Source of the DNA: Chlamydiales bacterium
GTDB lineage: Bacteria; Chlamydiota; Chlamydiia; Chlamydiales; JBDQID01
Direction of reading: 5' to 3'
Assembly: GCA_047611865.1 (NCBI GenBank)
Contig: JBLFWS010000001.1
Span: forward strand, 12,408 to 76,407
Length of the DNA stretch: 64,000 nt
In this document: one piece after another, positions 43,801-50,607 of the stretch
Layout: each line of letters opens with the position of its first letter
Position numbering within the stretch: position 1 is the first letter of the stretch
Notes under the pieces: generated by a model
What the model was told of the DNA's origin: nothing
The model's database searches: none
The model's input: only the letters and a program-made list of their open reading frames with translations
Translations under genes and position numbers: made by a program

Positions 43801-44926
43801 CCTGAACTCCTGACAAAAGGCTTATTCGAAAAGCAAGAGCTCGCTGCTCCCCTTCACCAAGAGAAATGTCTTGCAATTCCTCACTCATCATCTCAAGAGT
43901 TCTACGGGAGCCTATGTTTTCCAATGAATCTTTTATCTCCAACAAGGCAAATAGCGCCTTTTGGTCGTTAGCAACCCCTTGCCCTATAGCTTCAGCTTGT
44001 TTTTCCTTACGTGTTGTCACAGCTTCAACTGTTGTATACGCCTGTTGAAGCTCTTCTCCACCTGATTGGTGACACTGCGCACACTTTGCCTGCATCAATC
44101 CGGAAACATAGAGGGGTGTTGTTTGAAAAAGCAGGTGATGTCCCGGCCTGCCATTAAACACTCTGGCCATTGCAGGATCGTTTTCTTCATCATTCTCAGT
44201 GAAAACTATTTTATGCCCCTCTGAAGACTCTTCATAGGTTCCATCATAAACCGGCCCATGGGCCCTTCCGGATGTAATAGATCGCCCATTACCATTGTGA
44301 CAAACAACACAACCAATTTCATCAGAGGAATGATACTCAAAAGGACGCTCTTCTCTACCAATCAGTGGGTGCATAGCAAGAGCTTTGGTCATATCCAGGG
44401 AATGCCCATGCTCTTCAATAGATTTCAAATGACTCAGACGTTCAGCCTCATCCAGGCGCCGCTGAATTTCTTCTTCTTCACCATTTTCTCTAAGCTGTTC
44501 TATAAGCTTTTTATCCGTGAGTGACGCTACCTTAGTATCAAGAAGCTTCCATACGTACTCTTCATTTTCGATTTGTACAGGACGGCCATTCTCTCCGATA
44601 ATCATGTTGCCATTTATATCATAAGCTATTTTTGTAGGAGAAAAATGACTCAACTTTAAAGCTACATGACATGTGGTACAGCGATCTATAGTTTCCGGAC
44701 CTTTGTCTTCCTTGGGGATAACAATCTGTTTAATTCCCAATTTAAAATCAGGGGCCCGTTCACCCGTATGAGTTGAGCGAAATTCCTCAAGATCTACATA
44801 AGTATTTTGATAGATCTTATATTCGGGAAACATCTCATAGTAGACGAAAACCCCAAATAATAATGCCGATACCACTGATAGAGAAATCAGTATTATTTGG
44901 TAAATGTCAGCCCGATCAAAACGCAT
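40823..44926 (-). CDS. Membrane-anchored heptahaem c-type cytochrome (1367 aa)
   Basis: An N-terminal TM helix. CXXCH motifs start at residues 83, 206, 282, 504, 620, 844 and 1049. Segments resemble CcoO (GRDIAPRL...NEWLIGHFRNP...RSIMPVM) and CcoP/class I domains (CMQCHG...GTPMPPWG; CSHCHGKEAAGDGP...GTAMTPWG). A haem-less charged helical tail spans ~1125-1367. Confidence 0.85.
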   Translation of the reverse strand: MRFDRADIYQIILISLSVVSALLFGVFVYYEMFPEYKIYQNTYVDLEEFRSTHTGERAPDFKLGIKQIVIPKEDKGPETIDRCTTCHVALKLSHFSPTKIAYDINGNMIIGENGRPVQIENEEYVWKLLDTKVASLTDKKLIEQLRENGEEEEIQRRLDEAERLSHLKSIEEHGHSLDMTKALAMHPLIGREERPFEYHSSDEIGCVVCHNGNGRSITSGRAHGPVYDGTYEESSEGHKIVFTENDEENDPAMARVFNGRPGHHLLFQTTPLYVSGLMQAKCAQCHQSGGEELQQAYTTVEAVTTRKEKQAEAIGQGVANDQKALFALLEIKDSLENIGSRRTLEMMSEELQDISLGEGEQRALAFRISLLSGVQDYLQKTDKYVDDEAVLNAINGEISKILGSEIYLRKLEAEARALASSPTETLLGFLSRHVSNGKGISGSIFAKMAAMEEAGEVIQLMDRVKAPLETAILDQELVHGLRSDAEDAMGSYFRGQQLYMSTACYACHKIGGLSRGQVGPDLSEIGQMYPWYVKEAIVWPQSNLKTSTMPNFKLDHEEVEDLLAFLMAQRKEDKTTSEVLTQVSLKEWAGGKKRAWEKPLPVSEWNDVEVAMDIYTNEGCASCHRLKGFESNVGYRVEKEEASFKEVFKERQWFYRLFPEDLIGSRIVDMIDQKGQEIDKRIVQNVRESSILEKIEEKTPKILSSFYSPFKYAMRAKNHHYEQLIAKAESSTERSRILEEHEHYKDLVQRVFMMYIQEYGLGRDIAPRLHWSGVYRDNEWLIGHFRNPSAYTARSIMPVMPLDESKFYALTNMLRVLGKQNRDSLREIWDERGFDPAMAYEWHCMQCHGEHFHGKGTVSQWIYPIPKNLRDATFLRNLTRERAVNSITHGVQGTPMPPWGETAAAAELGDSSALLKESEIERIVDWLFQSLPGAHVIKSENDVEKWKYTPEDVLKELYEEKDVLQGETEDKVDDSMSEVLSSGFIPNFLLATKFFKSEEKKIGKAPEVDEVFDVKDAVEGVEEKEFFIKQKYYTEKNISEGGSLFLANCSHCHGKEAAGDGPRSATMEEAKPRMLTNLPWLKTRDDLRLLRSIKYGVPGTAMTPWGDKTNTLQRIQLVMFIRSLSVEKKHREDMVSVLFNAFETTGRAISDTRNIEGKKLNVLQGEYKRALRARQDNYEKSQEGTITLEEAARSYSKELVVMDHLKKRKEVDAILLNLKDEFDDEQKFYSEIGLRFIAKKADEKIITKLFEIIALNKGRYTRLNGDLLMEKDPYRERFMQNKAQEIVRDLDHQVDVNQRKVDRLRGKLPSLERSDELAKVGERLEAMKGMKAVLLSQMRLAAQSRSKQAEIYENYKEKIATFVSDRS

Positions 44927-44941
44927 TATCGTCTCCCACCA

Positions 44942-46267
44942 TTAGTGTCTTGCAAAGTTCTCCGTCCATGGCCAAATCCATCCCCAGTTTGCCCCTCTGA
45001 AGTACGTTCCAATTATTACCAGGATTCCCTGTGTCGTCATAAAAAACGTGTACAAAAATATCGCCATATATCGGCTGCGGTGATACCACACGCCTGATCC
45101 ATAGGGATTTCTATCAAGATAAGGGACTACCATAAGCCCCACAACAATTAACCCTGGTATTCCTACACCACCCCAGAAAGCACTATAAGCAACCATCTCT
45201 TGAAGACCCAGAAAATACCACGGAGCCTTTGAGGGATTGGGGGGTTTTGTTGCGTTCGCCGCCTCTTCCAATGGTGCATCTATAAATGATAAAATCATGA
45301 TCAAAACTACGGTAAACATAAATGCAATTAACTCGGCACGAAGAAGGTGCGGCCAAGTAAATATGTAGTTATATGGTCCCCTATCAACAGTGGGACACGT
45401 CCCTCTAACAAGCTCCATTAAGCCGTAGGTTCTGCGAACCCCCGGCGCAAAAGTCTCCTTAGTATCCGATCTTTGTACAACACGATAGGGTTCTGGTGAA
45501 ACTTTGTCCGGAGGACGCGCCAAGCCACCATCTTTTCTAATACGCCAGAAGTGTACTCCTATTAAAATCCCCGCGGCAAGGGGGAGCACCATCACGTGAA
45601 GTACGTAAAATCGTATGAGTGCATCTTGTCCAACGCTGGTGGACGCAATAAGCATAATACGGTTAATGTTGTGTTCCATTCCGGGTATTCCCGGAGCATA
45701 GCCAGCAATTTCAGATCCTACAGTTACCGCCCAAAATGCCAGCTGATCCCAAGGAAGAAGGTATCCAGTAAAAGACAGCAGGAGGGTAAGCACCATTAGA
45801 ATCACGCCAATTACCCAGTTAAATCTTCTTTCTCCTTTATAGGAACCCATATAGAAGACACGCGACATATGGAGAAAGACGAACAACACCATCATGTGTG
45901 CACCCCAGCGGTGCAAATTACGAAACATCTGAGCGAAAGGCGTCACATCCTGCCAGTCTTTCATAATGTCGTAAGCCCTGTCTTCTGCAGGCACATAATA
46001 AAACATAAGCACCACACCAGTGATCACCAGTGTAATAAACAGGCTCATCGTAATGGAGCCGAGACCCAAAGTCTTGAAAAAATCCGTTGTGCTTTTGTGA
46101 CATTTCACCGGGTGAATATGAAGGAAGAAGTTCTTAAAAACAATTTCTGATCGGTCAACATCATTGTTGGGATAACCATGACGAAAGATGGAACGTACCA
46201 CTAGTTTAGGAAGGTTCTCTAGGTACTCCAACCAGGTCTCTCTCTTTTCCCCTTTAAAAACTGCCAT
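44942..46267 (-). CDS. Cytochrome b (fused b6 + subunit IV-type) of a Rieske/cyt b complex
   Basis: FRNLHRWGAHMMVLFVFLHM and RFYVLHVMVLP...GVHFWRIRK (bis-His haem ligands), plus LPWDQLAFWA (PEWY-region equivalent). Confidence 0.85.
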   Translation of the reverse strand: MAVFKGEKRETWLEYLENLPKLVVRSIFRHGYPNNDVDRSEIVFKNFFLHIHPVKCHKSTTDFFKTLGLGSITMSLFITLVITGVVLMFYYVPAEDRAYDIMKDWQDVTPFAQMFRNLHRWGAHMMVLFVFLHMSRVFYMGSYKGERRFNWVIGVILMVLTLLLSFTGYLLPWDQLAFWAVTVGSEIAGYAPGIPGMEHNINRIMLIASTSVGQDALIRFYVLHVMVLPLAAGILIGVHFWRIRKDGGLARPPDKVSPEPYRVVQRSDTKETFAPGVRRTYGLMELVRGTCPTVDRGPYNYIFTWPHLLRAELIAFMFTVVLIMILSFIDAPLEEAANATKPPNPSKAPWYFLGLQEMVAYSAFWGGVGIPGLIVVGLMVVPYLDRNPYGSGVWYHRSRYMAIFLYTFFMTTQGILVIIGTYFRGANWGWIWPWTENFARH

Positions 46268-46305
46268 GTGCTTACGCTCTCCTCAAAACATCTTCATTGT
46301 GCTGT

Positions 46306-46806
46306 CTAAACATACCATGCAACCTGTGGATCGTGTATTAGTTTTGTTTTATCTGCCAGAAGTTCTCCTGACGCTCCTTTTGAAACATTAAAATATACCA
46401 ATGGGCTAGGAGCAGGCCCTCCCGTATTAAAGCCATTCCGATCATATGTTGATCCGTGACATGGACATTGATATCCTGTTTCTACAGCGTTAACAGTGCA
46501 GCCCAAGTGAGTACAAACTGCCGTTTGAACACGTACTTTTCCAGAAACCACCTCAACAAAACACTTGAACTTCTCCAGAAAAACCTTTCCCTCTGTTGCC
46601 AGAACATCCTCTGGCCTTCCAATTGAAAAAACGCTAGGCGGAATTTTCAGAGCGTTAGGGTAAAGAAAACCCATAAGCGCAACACTCACAGCTCCTCCAA
46701 CACCCATACACACACCCGTTCCCATCAAGGCAAGAAAAGTCCTTCTTGTAATTTTTGGGTCATTGCTCTTAGGATCCACGTTTAATGAATTTCGAAACCT
46801 AGGCAT
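46306..46806 (-). CDS. Rieske [2Fe-2S] protein with Tat signal
   Basis: TRRTFLALMGTG twin-arginine signal, CTHLGC and CPCHGS cluster boxes. I prefer the ATG at 46806 (AAGGAGG 5 nt upstream) over the track ATG at 46821, which sits inside that SD. Confidence 0.85.
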   Translation of the reverse strand: MPRFRNSLNVDPKSNDPKITRRTFLALMGTGVCMGVGGAVSVALMGFLYPNALKIPPSVFSIGRPEDVLATEGKVFLEKFKCFVEVVSGKVRVQTAVCTHLGCTVNAVETGYQCPCHGSTYDRNGFNTGGPAPSPLVYFNVSKGASGELLADKTKLIHDPQVAWYV

Positions 46807-46817
46807 AACACCCTCCT

Positions 46818-46961
46818 TCATTCTCCATTTTGTTCCTCATCACGAAACATCTGGTATTTAACATCTTCCAAATCATCGAACTGCCCTTTTTTCCAAAAAT
46901 AGACAAAGACTCCAGTCGCCGCTAACCCACCAATTAATGTCGCTGCAAGATATACTACCAC
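46818..46961 (-). CDS. Unannotated 47-aa FixQ/CcoQ-like single-TM micro-protein
   Basis: Translated by hand as (V)VVYLAATLIGGLAATGVFVYFWKKGQFDDLEDVKYQMFRDEEQNGE*. GTG start at 46961 with GAAGGGG upstream, and an in-frame TGA at 46976-46974 bounds it. The stop TGA (46820-46818) overlaps the Rieske SD region. It shares FVYxW(K/R)KG..D....KYQM..DEE with the ORF at 37867-38085. Confidence 0.5.
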   Translation of the reverse strand: MVVYLAATLIGGLAATGVFVYFWKKGQFDDLEDVKYQMFRDEEQNGE

Positions 46962-46978
46962 TCCATCGCCCCTTCATA

Positions 46979-48811
46979 CTATCCAATCCACCGAAAAGAG
47001 TAATTCATCGTATCCATTGTAACAGCTTGAGTAGGACATTTTTCGGCACACAACCCACAACGTATACAAAGGTCTTCATCTTTCAACATTGCAGACCCTG
47101 CTGTATTAAGTTCTTCAGCTGTCATTTCAGAAGAATCGAATCCATAGTTATTGTCCACAGCTTTACGCATATTGCCCTCTCCCCAATCCAAGTTCAATTT
47201 CGATAAAGGTATCAACGTAAGACAATTTGTAGGGCAAACATCTACACAACCATTACATTTTATACAAAGAGATCCATCAAATACTGGACTTACATGACAC
47301 TGTAAACAACGACTTGCTTGCTGATGCGCCTCTTCTGCAGTATAAGGATTTTCAACAATATTTAGATTTTTCCGCCTCTCCTCTGCCGGCTGAAGAGAAG
47401 GAAGAGACCATTTTGTACTCAGGTATTCTTTATCTCGCATAGGTGGAATTGTTCTGAACTCTCCAACGAACTCCTGGTAAGGCTTTGTTCCTCTCAAATC
47501 ACTGTCAATAGCCCTTGCAGATTCTTGCCCATGACGTATTGCTGTAATGAACAACGCAGGCCCATATCCGGCATCCCCCCCACAATAAATCCCATTTACA
47601 GATGTTCTACCAGTTCCTCTTTCTACTTTTATAATTCCCCTTTCAAGGGTAAGGTCAGCTTTCTTGTCCCACCCGTCAAAAAGACTCGTATCCATTCCCT
47701 GGCCGATAGCTAAAGCTATGGTATCACAAGGCACAACATACTCTGTTCCTTCAACAAACTCGGGTGAAAAACCCCCTTTATGATTAAAAAGTCGAGAGAT
47801 CTTCTGTACACGCAGCCCAATAATCTTCCCGTCGCTGTCACGTTCCACCGCCTTTGGACCTAGCCTGTTGAGGACCTCAATTCCCTCTTCAAGCGCATCT
47901 TCAATCTCAAATTCATCAGCTGTTTGTTCATCTCGAGATTCCAGGCAAACCAGAGTAACCTTATCAGCTCCATTGCGTATAGAAGACCGCGCCACATCGT
48001 AAGATACGTTACCCCCACCAACAACGACTATATGATTACCTATTCTCCATTTCCCCCCGCCCGTAATCACCTTAAGATACTCTACGCCTCTGATTATGTC
48101 TGCCTGGTCTGTTCCGGGAATGGGTAACTCTCGGGACTTCCATAAACCATTGCCGATAAAAATCGCGTCATACTTTTCCTGCATTTCAGTAATCGTTATA
48201 TCTCGGCCAACTTTCGTATTATAGTGGATATTAGCGCCCAAGTATTCTATCGCATAGCATTCGTTGATGATTACATCATTTTTCAGTCTGTAATTGGGGA
48301 CACCATAGGTTAACATCCCCCCTGGCATACTCATCATTTCATAAATATCGACAGAATATCCCAAGCGAAGAAGGTCGTGTGCTGCCGTTAACGAGGCCAC
48401 TCCCGCCCCTATGCAACCCACCTTCATTCCATTCGGTTTTGGGTTGGTCGTTCCACGTGAGTAGCTAAATTCCAGAGCTTTAATGTGAGCTTCCTTATCC
48501 ACCCCGAACCACTCATCGAGAAAACGTTTTTGTGCACGAATGGTAAGAGTTTTATCTACTCGATCTCTCCGACAGGCTGTTTCACAGGGAGCCCCGCATA
48601 TCCATCCACAGATAGACGCGAAAGGATTAGGCCCTCGAGCAATTTTATAACCCTCCAAAAGGTTACCTGCTTGTAACGCAAGCATATACCCTCGAGCATC
48701 TGTATTAACAGGACATCCGTCGCGACAGTCGATTTGTTTCAGATAATAATCTAGATCTGGAATAACAACGTCATAACTATCTTTATAGATATCAACCAGC
48801 TCTTTTGACAC
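46979..48811 (-). CDS. GltD/SudA-like NAD(P)H-dependent Fe-S flavoprotein with C-terminal 2x[4Fe-4S] ferredoxin domain
   Basis: An N-terminal Cys cluster (CRDGCPVNTD...CGWICGAPCETAC), VGCIGAGVASLTAAHDL (FAD GxGxxG) and a second dinucleotide fold (VVVGGGNVSYD). C-terminal CIKCNGCVDVCP and CIRCGLCAEKCP. Confidence 0.8.
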   Translation of the reverse strand: MSKELVDIYKDSYDVVIPDLDYYLKQIDCRDGCPVNTDARGYMLALQAGNLLEGYKIARGPNPFASICGWICGAPCETACRRDRVDKTLTIRAQKRFLDEWFGVDKEAHIKALEFSYSRGTTNPKPNGMKVGCIGAGVASLTAAHDLLRLGYSVDIYEMMSMPGGMLTYGVPNYRLKNDVIINECYAIEYLGANIHYNTKVGRDITITEMQEKYDAIFIGNGLWKSRELPIPGTDQADIIRGVEYLKVITGGGKWRIGNHIVVVGGGNVSYDVARSSIRNGADKVTLVCLESRDEQTADEFEIEDALEEGIEVLNRLGPKAVERDSDGKIIGLRVQKISRLFNHKGGFSPEFVEGTEYVVPCDTIALAIGQGMDTSLFDGWDKKADLTLERGIIKVERGTGRTSVNGIYCGGDAGYGPALFITAIRHGQESARAIDSDLRGTKPYQEFVGEFRTIPPMRDKEYLSTKWSLPSLQPAEERRKNLNIVENPYTAEEAHQQASRCLQCHVSPVFDGSLCIKCNGCVDVCPTNCLTLIPLSKLNLDWGEGNMRKAVDNNYGFDSSEMTAEELNTAGSAMLKDEDLCIRCGLCAEKCPTQAVTMDTMNYSFRWIG

Positions 48812-49029
48812 AGTAATCCCCTTGACATCATTTTCTTTTCAAAACCCTATCAAATATTTCTGTTTTTTAAAATCGTTTTCCAAAATATTGTTTTTAAAGC
48901 GCCTATCAAACCCCGCCTCTTCGCGACGATCTCGAAAGACAAGCCCTTCCCCTCCTGCCTCGACAGAAACAATTGATAAACATATACTCAAGATTGAGTT
49001 TTTGATTCAATATCATAAGGAATTGTTTT

Positions 49030-50607
49030 ATGCATCTTGTCATAGTCAACACCAGTTCCAAGGGTGGAAAAGAGTTACAAACCGCTCTACTGCAGGAATC
49101 TTACAAAGATGGGAACGATCTAAAAACACGCACCATTGCCAAGCTCATGGAGTGTACGGAAGATGAGATCCATGCTGTACAGATGGCATTCCAACACAAA
49201 GACAAAATGCTTAAACTGAACCTTCCTAAACTACCGTCAAATACACACAGCCCTCAAGTTCTTAAACAAAACACTCCCATTGGGGCCGCATGGGTTGCAA
49301 AATCCGTCGCAGAATACTTAGGTATCGCTGATGCCCTTGGCACAACAAAGCCTGGTAAATTAGCCCTGCTCCAAATTTTGTCTCATGTTGTTGAACCCAC
49401 CCTATACCCCCTTTCCAGGTTTGCTGAACAAACTCATTATTTAATTAACTCTCTTGACCTCCCCATCGACATTGATGCAAAAGACCTTCACAGAGACCTG
49501 ACATGGTTATCGAAAAACAAGTCCAAAATAGAAAAGAGAATATTCAAGTTTCGCACCAAGGGGGTTTCTGACCGCCTTTTCTTTTACAATATCTCCAGCC
49601 CATACCTCTCCACCCGCCTGAACCCTCTTGAAATTTTTGAACGAAACCTAGATCAAAGTCACTTCCCGGGGCTGGGTCTTCTATGTGATCAAGAAGGCTA
49701 CCCCGTATCCATTTGCCTACCTAATCCAGAGAAAAACCAAACAGTGCTTGATAATGCTCTAAAATTAGCCAAAGACTACTCCGTAGATTCTGTTACAGTT
49801 GTACGTCATAACTCCAGCTCTATGGAAAAAGATAACATCCCTCAGGTTGCAAACTATCTTTCACATGTCACCTCTCCCGAAGACATAGCGTTCCTCAAAG
49901 CACACATACTCCTGGATAAAGTTGAAGACCTTAGTCTCACAAAAAGAAACGACCACAAACACTTTCTTATCAAAAGGGACCCAAAGCGCTCGAAAATTCT
50001 TAAAGAAATGCGCGAAGACCAGCTCAAGCATGCTGAACTACTCATCAATAAAGCTAACGAAAAGCTTAAAGAACAACCCACATCTTCAACAACAATTTTA
50101 CAAAGCCTCCAGAGGGCCATCGAAAACATTGGAGGCTCTGAATGGCTTAAGGTACAAGAGTCTGATGTGGGGTTTATCCATGAAGTCAACCAGGAAAAGC
50201 TCAATGAATTTTCCACCTTAGACGGCTGTCAGATTTTGGAATCCAACCTCCCTTTTAGCGGCACTTCACCAGAAATCCTTTTGGATCGCTTTAAAAACCA
50301 AAAACTTATCGAAGAAGCCTTTCGTAACCACAGCCCTGGTTTCCACGACCTCGAGCTTGCCGATAGCCTCTTAGAAAGCACCCTTCGAGGACACTCCTTG
50401 TTGCTAATGCTCGCCTTTCTCATTAACCGCACCCTCGGAAAGGCCTGGTCTCCCTTGGGCGTTACTCCCGAGGAGGGATTAAGGGAGCTTTCTGGTATCT
50501 GTTCAATGAATATCGGAAACAAAACCTACATAACAGAGCCCAACAAAGCCACCCAGCAACTTCTTGAAGCCTTAAACCTTAAACTACCCACTCAGACAGA
50601 CTTATGA
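49030..50607 (+). CDS. IS1634/IS4-superfamily transposase-like protein with substituted catalytic residues (domesticated or decaying)
   Basis: N-terminus ...SKGGKELQTALLQESYKDGNDLKTRTIAKL is like IS1634 Tnp. LFFYNISSPYL sits where YD(V/I)T..YFE is expected (D to N). VTVVRHNSS sits where V.ADRG is expected. IEEAFRNHS...LRGHSLLLMLAFLI is the C-terminal YREK-region pattern. No TIRs seen, and a 4-nt overlap with sfsA. Confidence 0.5.
   Translation: MHLVIVNTSSKGGKELQTALLQESYKDGNDLKTRTIAKLMECTEDEIHAVQMAFQHKDKMLKLNLPKLPSNTHSPQVLKQNTPIGAAWVAKSVAEYLGIADALGTTKPGKLALLQILSHVVEPTLYPLSRFAEQTHYLINSLDLPIDIDAKDLHRDLTWLSKNKSKIEKRIFKFRTKGVSDRLFFYNISSPYLSTRLNPLEIFERNLDQSHFPGLGLLCDQEGYPVSICLPNPEKNQTVLDNALKLAKDYSVDSVTVVRHNSSSMEKDNIPQVANYLSHVTSPEDIAFLKAHILLDKVEDLSLTKRNDHKHFLIKRDPKRSKILKEMREDQLKHAELLINKANEKLKEQPTSSTTILQSLQRAIENIGGSEWLKVQESDVGFIHEVNQEKLNEFSTLDGCQILESNLPFSGTSPEILLDRFKNQKLIEEAFRNHSPGFHDLELADSLLESTLRGHSLLLMLAFLINRTLGKAWSPLGVTPEEGLRELSGICSMNIGNKTYITEPNKATQQLLEALNLKLPTQTDL

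Noticed and set aside
49002-49016. FNR/CRP-like dyad TTGATTCAATATCAT between the respiratory operon and the transposase-like gene.
   Set aside because: The half-sites are TTGAT-N5-ATCAT, not TTGAT-N4-ATCAA. The dyad lies ~190 nt from the operon start and only 14 nt from the other gene's ATG, so it is probably a chance AT-rich dyad.
48822-49166. 114-aa plus-strand ORF spanning the divergent promoter region and the 5' end of the transposase-like gene.
   Set aside because: It overlaps the better-supported 525-aa ORF in another frame, has proline/serine-rich low-complexity content, and has no RBS.
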